Source: Rebecca billardiae RCC1528 (taxonomy: Eukaryota > Protista > Haptophyta). Taken from it: DNA of 64,000 bases. This document shows positions 56,706 to 64,000 of the stretch, piece by piece. Under the pieces are notes generated by a model. The model had not been told where the DNA came from. It searched no databases and worked only from the letters and a program-made list of their open reading frames with translations. The position numbers and the translations under genes are program-made. Position 1 is the stretch's first letter, and each line of letters begins with the position of its first letter. The stretch lies in the NCBI GenBank assembly GCA_965240325.2, contig OZ251232.1, forward strand, positions 124,001 through 188,000. The letters run 5' to 3'.

Positions 56706-59700
56706 AAACTCTGCCCTGGCGGGCGGGGGGGGTCGGCGGGCCGTGCCAGTGCTGTCGCAATATTTCCCCAGCGGGTTCGCGCCTTTTATTTAGCGGTTTG
56801 ACGGGCAGGATGACGAATAACAATGCGACACACAGATGATGGTGAGCTACCTGACTCACTGACGAATAATAACGCGACAGATGACTCTGGTGATCTCACC
56901 GACAGTGTGATTGCGCGTGTTATTTATTCGTGCACCCACTCGGCGCTACTCGTCAAGTCCCGGGTGCCGAGCCGTCGACTGCGCGCACGCACTGCCAACT
57001 GATTGGCGTGCGACGGCGGCTTGCTTGTGACGCCTGACGGTGACGGTTCAATGTCCTCGGAGCTAAACAGTGGTGGCGGAGTGTGATGTCATGTTTCATT
57101 TGTTTAGGTCGTCTGGAAGTGCGGTGCGCGCGCGCGCAGTGCGAGAGCGTGTGCCACTCGCGATCGAGGGTGGGCACGCGCTGCTCGAGCAGGCACAGGA
57201 AGCGCAGCGCACGTGCCACTGGCTTCACGACGTCGGCCTCGTCCCGCAGCGCTCGTGACATGGTGGAGGATGGGGCGACAATGTTGCACGCTCGGCGTTT
57301 CAGCTCGTCGCGGATGCGCCTCTGGGATCGGTCATAGCGCTCAGTGCGACGAGGGCCGCCGACTCGCCAAGACGCGGTTCCTTCCACGGCTGCAAACCCG
57401 GGAGGTGCGTGCGGTGCGCGTCGTACGCCGCTTTGCGCTGCCCCTCCGTCGCATTGGTCACCGTCGGCGCCATGCAGGCCGGACGTGGGCCCTCGAGCGC
57501 CGAGCGATCTTTGCCCGCGAGCTCGCGAGGAACACCACCGATCGTAGCAAACGGATTTGCATGCGCCCGACCTTGCCAAGGACCGGGGCACGCGACAGTC
57601 CGGTGTGTGGATTCCGGTTATGGTGTTCAGAGAGCAGCCCACAGCGGAATAAGGGGTTGGCCACTGCGGCGCGCCCTTCCCGCGGGAGGGTTGGCCACTG
57701 GCGCCGCAGTGGCCAACCCCCCCCCCGGTGGCCAACCCCCCTTCGCCGCCGACGGAGCGCTCCGGGGGCGGCGCGGGCGGTTCGGGTGGGCCCACCCGAC
57801 CACAATGACCCGCGCCGGCCACCGCAACACCGCCTCGCGACCCACTTCGCGCCCCGCGGGCACCTCGCATAAGCGCGCGGCCCCACTGTGCTGGCGGCGC
57901 GTGCCCAGCGCGCGCTGCCGAGCGAGTGTGCGCGGATGGCGCGGGTTCTCCGCGGCGCGGAATGTCGGGGATGATGCAGTCGGTCGTGTCGCTGTGCAGC
58001 GCCAGGTCGCCGGCAGGTTCGCGCGCTGTCACGACGCTGCCCACCACCGAGCGCGGATCCTGCGCTGGGACGGCCAGCTGGGTGCCTTGGCGAGTGCGGC
58101 GGATGGCGAGAGGGATACGGGCGCGCTCGACCGTCGCGAGCGTGGAGAGGAAGCATGTACCTGCGCGCAAGCCGCGCCAGCTTGAGCTACCGATCGTTCG
58201 CATGCCATGCACCTCGCACGCGTCTTTTCTTCTTGCCCTTGCGAATGGCGCCGAGCCCTTGACAGGACTACTCGTTCGAGTAACTACTCAGGCATGGCAT
58301 GACAGCAGCCACGTGCGCAGGCGTTGCATACAGATGTACACAGGTTGATGCGCCCACACACAACCCGAAGACTCCGATTCATCGCTTCAAGGCGCTTACG
58401 GTCGGTTGGTTCATCTCCATCGCATGCATGGCTCGTGCAAGCTGATTCGCACTCATCAACAGCCGTCTAAAGCTGCATCAAAACGCACGATCGGTGGCTC
58501 AAGGCGGCGCGGCTTGCGACATAGATATGCTTCCTCGCTCATTCTCAGCTCGTGTCCCGAGATGATCGCATCGCGCGCCAGGCGGGCGCACACGGCTGAG
58601 GCCGGCGCGGACTGCTCATTCTGAGGCGACGCTTGCATGCGCGCTGATCATAGGCGCGGCCAAGTCGACGAGGAGCAAGCCGCGGGGAGCAGAGAGCAGT
58701 ATGACGAGCGCGCTTATGCCACGCAAGCAACGCGCCGCCTTCGCACGGCAACTCGACGGCCGCAGCGCCTCACGCCTCGCGCGCGCTTAACGTGCGTAAT
58801 ATCAGGACGATTGGAAACAAAAGAATAAAACTGACGAAAAGTCGAAAATAAGTCGCCGATTTGTCAGGCGGTGTCACACACTCACACAGACATGCAGCTA
58901 GATGAGCAGAGCGGCAAGCGCGCACGCGGCCGCGCAGGGCACACGGGGACGACTACATCACCGTCGGACCACTCGCCAGGCCCAGCCGCTGAGACGGCCG
59001 CCTGATGACATCTAGCCCTGCACTCTCGCCCCTGACTAGGGGCGGAGTCCGGCGCAGCACGGGCCCATGCGAGCTGCCGCACGGCGCAGGTGGATCCCGC
59101 CGCAGCAGTTCGATCGCGGTGCCGGTGCTGGCGGAGCTCTGCCCACCAACGCCGACTTAATATTGTCGATGACGATCGAGCACTGCCGACGACAAATAAA
59201 GAGACCTGCGCCGTCGTATACCTGTGTCGTTATACATCATAGAATCGGTCTGTTACCACACAGTTGGGCGGTCGCGGCACTCAGTACTGCTGCTACATGT
59301 GCCGCAGTCAGCAAGCCGTAGCTGCTAGTACTGGTGAGTGCTGGCAACGGTACCCCGAGCGCGACTCAGCAGGCACCCCTCATACCGTTCCAGACCGGCC
59401 TGCCCGCAGAGTCTGCGACACCTGAGCACCGACCGACGTCAACCGTGCGCACGGCAAGCTGAGCTCAGACTGAGTGCCCGGGTCGGCTTGTCGCCGTGTG
59501 CTCGTGTGGCCAGTAGCGCGTCAAGTGTGCCCAGCTGGACGAATACCAGGGTGAGCTTGCGCGCAGGTACATGCTTCCTCTCCACGCTCGCGACGGTCGA
59601 GCGCGCCCGTATCCCTCTCGCCATCCGCCGCACTCGCCAAGGCACCCAGCTGGCCGTCCCAGCGCAGGATCCGCGCTCGGTGGTGGGCAGCGTCGTGACA

Positions 59701-62221
59701 GCGCGCGAACCTGCCGGCGACCTGGCGCTGCACAGCGACACGACCGACTGCATCATCCCCGACATTCCGCGCCGCGGAGAACCCGCGCCATCCGCGCACA
59801 CTCGCTCGGCAGCGCGCGCTGGGCACGCGCCGCCAGCACAGTGGGGCCGCGCGCTTCTGCGAGGTGCCCGCGGGGCGCGAAGTGGGTCGCGAGGCGGTGT
59901 TGCGGTGGCCGGCGCGGGTCATTGTGGTCGGGTGGGCCCACCCGAACCGCCCGCGCCGCCCCCGGAGCGCTCCGTCGGCGGCGAAGGGGGGTTGGCCACC
60001 GGGGGGGGGGTTGGCCACTGCGGCGCCAGTGGCCAACCCTCCCGCGGGAAGGGCGCGCCGCAGTGGCCAACCCCTTATTCCGCTGTGGGCTGCTCTCTCA
60101 GAAGGCCGCGCCAAATCTTGCGTCGCGTGCGATGGCGCTTCCCGCCCGCGAGACGCCTCGTGATGAGGGCCGTTCCGCACCGAGCCCGACGCGCGACGGT
60201 GAATCGAGCGAGGCGGCCATCGTGCGCAGCGCTTGATGCTATGGCCGGTGCGAGCGTTCGACGTGCACGTCGGGCGAGGATCGCCCCAGGTCGCACGATC
60301 GTGTCGACGCGCCGAGCGTACCGCTCCAAACGCGTCGATTTAGCGCCCGTTCGACCTGCACGCGAGACGACGAGGGCAGCAATCGCGAATCGGGCGAAAA
60401 CACCGTTCGGGAATCCCCGCGCGATGTCCGCGCCGGCGTTGGATTCGGCGCGCGCGGCCCACGCGCTCCGCGCCAGGCGCCATATGGTTTTCGGCCGAGC
60501 GTCCCCAGTGGGAGCTGCGAGGGCGCCCGGTAGTGAGCGAAGCGACCCGGCAGTGAGCGAGGCGATTTTCTTTTCTTTGCGAGGCGATTTTCTTTTTTCC
60601 TTTTCTTTTTCTTATCTTTTTCCCGGGCACTACAAGGGGCGGACCTACGGCCCGCCATATATATATATTATAAACTGTGCCCTGGCGGGCGGGGGGGTCG
60701 GCGGGCCGTGCCAGTGCTGTCGCAATGTATCCTTTGCGGGTTCGCGTCTTTCCACATTCGCTCGTGGCCGTGGGTGACGGACAGTCGAATGCAAGGACCA
60801 GTGACACGTGAAGTTGGCTCACCGACGTGATGTACACACGTTTCACGGTCTGTAGACTGTACTCTTAGAGTATTGTATGCGCATCAGCGAGGCCCACACC
60901 CACGAGGGAATGTGCAGCACGCGGGGCGGGGCGGGTAGCCCGTTGCTCCGCGCGAGCGCGGGTACGCGCTGTATGTGCCGCATGTCGACCGCGATGGCGT
61001 AATCGAGCGCCTCGCCGCCGACGAAGCCGCCAGAGTAGATCATGTGCATGTCCTCCTGCCGCCAGCCGAGAGCGGTCGTCGCGAGGATGCTTGTCGATGT
61101 CGGCTCCAGGCATGATGGGCTCGGCGCAGGTCGCGTTGACGTCGTACACGGCCACCACGCTGAGCACGAGCGCGTTGACGTTCACGCGGTCGTCGCTCTT
61201 CGCATCTTCGACAGGTCTGGCGCTCGCGTGCTCGGCGGCACGAGGAGCTGTTGGTTGTGCGCGCGCGCGCACAGCGACAGCGTGTGCCACTCGCGATCGA
61301 GAGTGGGCAAGCGCTGCTCACGCGAGCACACGAATCCCAGCGCATCCGTCACCGGCGTGACGACTTCCGCCTCGTCCCGCAGCGCCTGCGCCATGGACGA
61401 GGCCATGGCGCGGCGATGTTGCATGCTCGACGTTTCATCTCTCTGCGGATGGCATCACGGGCTTGTCTGTGTCGCGCTGCGGCGAGGGTCGCCAACTCGC
61501 GATGACGCGGTTGCTGCCACGGCGACAGACCCGGGAGGTGCGTCCGCTGCGCGTCGTACGCCGTTGGCGCTGCGCTTCCGTCGCATTGGTCACCGTCGAC
61601 GCCATGCAGGCCGGACGTGGGCTTCGGCTGAGGGACCGGACCGCGAGCAATGACTAAGTCCGGTGCGCGGATTCCGGCGATCGAGTTCAGAAGGCCGCGC
61701 CAAAGCTTGCGTCGCGTGCGATGGCGCTTCCCGCCCGCGAGACGCCTCGTGATGAGGGCTTTCTCGCACCGAGCCCGACGCGCGACGGTGGATCGCGCGA
61801 GGCGGTCATCGTGCGCAGCGCATGATGCTATGGCCGGTGCGAGCTTTCGACGTGCACGTCGGGCGAGGATCGCCCCAGGTCTCACGATCGTGTCGACGCG
61901 CCGAGCGTACCGCTCCAAACGCATCGATTTTGCCCCCGTTCGACCTGCACGCGAGACGACGAGGGCAGCAATCGCGAATCGGGCGAAAACCCCCCTCGGG
62001 AGTCCTCTCACGATGTCCGCGCCGGCGTTGGATTTGGCGCGCGCGGCCCATGCGCTCCGCGCCATGACGCAACTCTTTTTCGGCCGAGCGTCCCCAGTGG
62101 GAGCTGCGAGGGCGCCCGGTAGTGAGCGAAGCGAGTTTCTTTTCTCTGCGAGGCGATTTTCTTTTTCTTTTCTTTTCTTTTCTTTTCCCGGGCACTACAA
62201 GGGGCGGACCTACGGCCCGCC
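56706..62221 (-). mobile_element. Two tandem ~1.5-kb Helentron/Helitron-like units (56706-60656, interrupted; 60672-62221)
   Basis: Shared blocks 56706-56790~60672-60750, 57120-57490~61250-61622, 60101-60656~61690-62221. Asymmetric inverted 10-mer GGCGGGCCGT/ACGGCCCGCC. TA-rich junctions, no TSD. Confidence 0.55.
57630..60097. mobile_element. Non-autonomous PIF/Harbinger-like element with 543-bp TIRs and TCA TSD
   Basis: TIRs 57630-58172 and 59555-60097 (one mismatch seen), starting GAGAGCAGCCCACAG. TCA at 57627-57629 and 60098-60100. Paralogous empty site gttcagaagg at 61685-61694. Confidence 0.88.
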
Positions 62222-62556
62222 ATATAGTTCCTCAGCGGCGGGCGCAGCATTCGCGTGAATAAGCGAGTGCCATGGCGGAGAGTACCAGCCAGCCCCGTGC
62301 CCTGGTCCGCACTCTCTGCGGGCACGCCCGCAGGATGGCCAGACTACGCCACGCGAGGATGTAATACCGCGCCGTCTCGGGTGAATTCTGTGCGCACGGG
62401 CACACGCTTGCCGCCGAGAGCGACGGTGCCGACTGTAGCGTGGCAGCAGCGTCCGCGACCACGCAGCCATGCGCGATGTATGCGCCGGGGCTGTCCGAGA
62501 AGCGGCCGTCGCTGCGCCACGCCCTCGCCGGGCAGCCACCCGCCGGCTGCCACCCC

Positions 62557-63616
62557 TCAGTCCGCAGCCGAGAGCTGGCGCAGCGCGGCCTCGAGCTCGT
62601 CCAGCTGTGCACGCAGCGCGCCCGCCTCCGCCTCCAGCGTCGCCTTCTGCTCGCGCGCCGCGTCCATGTCCGCCTCGCTCAGGCCCATCACCGCCATCCG
62701 CGCCTTGGGCGTGCGAAGCAGCATCGCCTTGACGGAGAGCTCGTTCGTCACGCTGTCCAGCCGCGCCTGCGTCTCGCTCAGCTGCGCGTTGGCGTCCGCC
62801 GCGCTCGTGGGCGGTTTGAGCGATGCCTCGGCGCCCTCGGACGCGCCCGGCTGGGAGCCGGACTTGCGCGCACCAGACGGCGGCGGGCGCAGGGGGAAGT
62901 CGGTGCGCCTGGGCGGGAGCGGCGTGGACGCCGGCGGCGGCGGCGCCCCGCCACTCCCGCCGTGCCTCGGCCCGTCCAGCGGCACCGACGCCGCCGGCAG
63001 CGGCCGAGGGTCGACGGGCAGACCGTACGGCGCGGGCACGGCGTGGGCGACGGGCACGCCGCCCGCGCCCGAGGGGTGCGAGGCGATGGGCGCCGTGCGC
63101 TTGGCGGCCGCCGCGTCTGCGTCCGCCGCGCTCGGCTCGGGCGGCGCCGTGCCCTGCAGCAGCGCGTGGAGGGCGGGCGCCTTGCTGCGCACACAGCGGG
63201 CAGCGCGCAGCGCACGGCGCGCGCACGCGCATGCGTTTGGGGCGGGGGCATGAGCAGTGCGCGCGCGCGTGCGTGCGTGCGTGTGCGCGTGTGCGCGCGC
63301 GCGCACCCCGCGCCCGCGTCCCCTCGCGCACGCCCCGCGCCCCGCACGCCACCCCGCCCGCGCACCGTCCGAGTATGCGCACGCGCAGGCTGCCGTCCGC
63401 CGTCACGCCCAGCAGCGCGTGCGGCTCCTTGGCGTACTCTCCAAACGCACACGCCACCACCGCGCACTCGGGAGAGGAGCTGTGCGAGCCGGCGGGCGGG
63501 GCGGGGGCGCTGGGCTTGCCGAGCATCTCGACGTCGCCGCGCGAGGCGAGCCCGCCGACGCCCGCGCCGCTGTTGCGCCGCTTCGTGCCCGGCGGCGTCG
63601 CCGGGCCCTCGGCCGA

Positions 63617-63669
<53 letters not shown>

Positions 63670-64000
63670 CGGCGCCGTCCGCCTGCGCCGAGCGATCCTC
63701 CGCGTCCAGCAGCGTCACGTAGCCGTCGGTGCGGCCGACGGCGAAGGCGTGCGCCCAGGTGTGCTGCGCCGAGCCCAGCGCGTCCGTCCCGCCCACGCGC
63801 ACCGCGCCGCACGCGCTCGCCGCCGCGCCCAGCTCCGCCGTCGCGCGCCTCTGCCCCGTGAGCTCGAAGCAGGACGCGAGCGCTGACGCCTCGGTGCGCC
63901 CGTCCGTGAGCAGCAAGATGCGCGCGCCGGAGATGGCGAGGGCGCGCGGGGCGAGCGAGCCGCCGATCACCGCGGCGAGCGTGCCCCCGCGCGCCACGCA
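62557..64000 (-). CDS. BBS1-like beta-propeller protein with C-terminal coiled coil, 3' part (5'-truncated by window)
   Basis: Intron 63185-63365 joins frames. AFAVGRTDGYVTLL and CAFGEYAKEPHALLGVTADGSLRVRILGR resemble BBS1 FGxYGREDNxLIxxTxGGGLxIKILKR. Confidence 0.55.

Noticed and set aside
58173-59554. Harbinger transposase or Fanzor/TnpB in the core of the long-TIR element
   Set aside because: Only a short RMSEEAY resemblance; there is no sizeable ORF and no DDE or RuvC motifs.

Overview
Very GC-rich eukaryotic genomic DNA. Spliceosomal introns have GT(G)CG donors, mostly CGCAG acceptors and a CTSAY branch motif. Composition, intron style and flagellar genes suggest a flagellated alga such as a pavlovophyte haptophyte; this is inference only. 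About 17 host genes are supported: a RETICULATA/DUF3411 3' end, a TPR protein, GMP synthase, a METTL21-like methyltransferase, an Sfi1-like protein, a membrane hybrid histidine kinase, a BCCT transporter, a large low-complexity protein, an (SPPP)n extensin-like protein, DUF819, an EF-hand membrane protein, a p28/axonemal dynein light chain-domain protein, an EsV-1-7 repeat protein, AKR7, an SLC35A transporter and a BBS1-like 3' end. Intergenic DNA is full of non-autonomous mobile elements that can be defined from structure alone. These are a complete gag-only Copia-type LTR element (16360-20724) with a nested TIR element, a Pack-MULE-like element (5479-8453), a TIR element with an orphan ORF and a perfect 41-bp palindrome (50620-52278), and a 543-bp-TIR element (57630-60097) whose empty site is in the same window, inside a tandem Helentron-like repeat. 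The most unusual cross-cutting signal is that young repeat copies differ mostly by 2-7 bp micro-duplications, often with G/C filler bases, rather than by substitutions. All family assignments come from motif recognition by eye; no database search was run.
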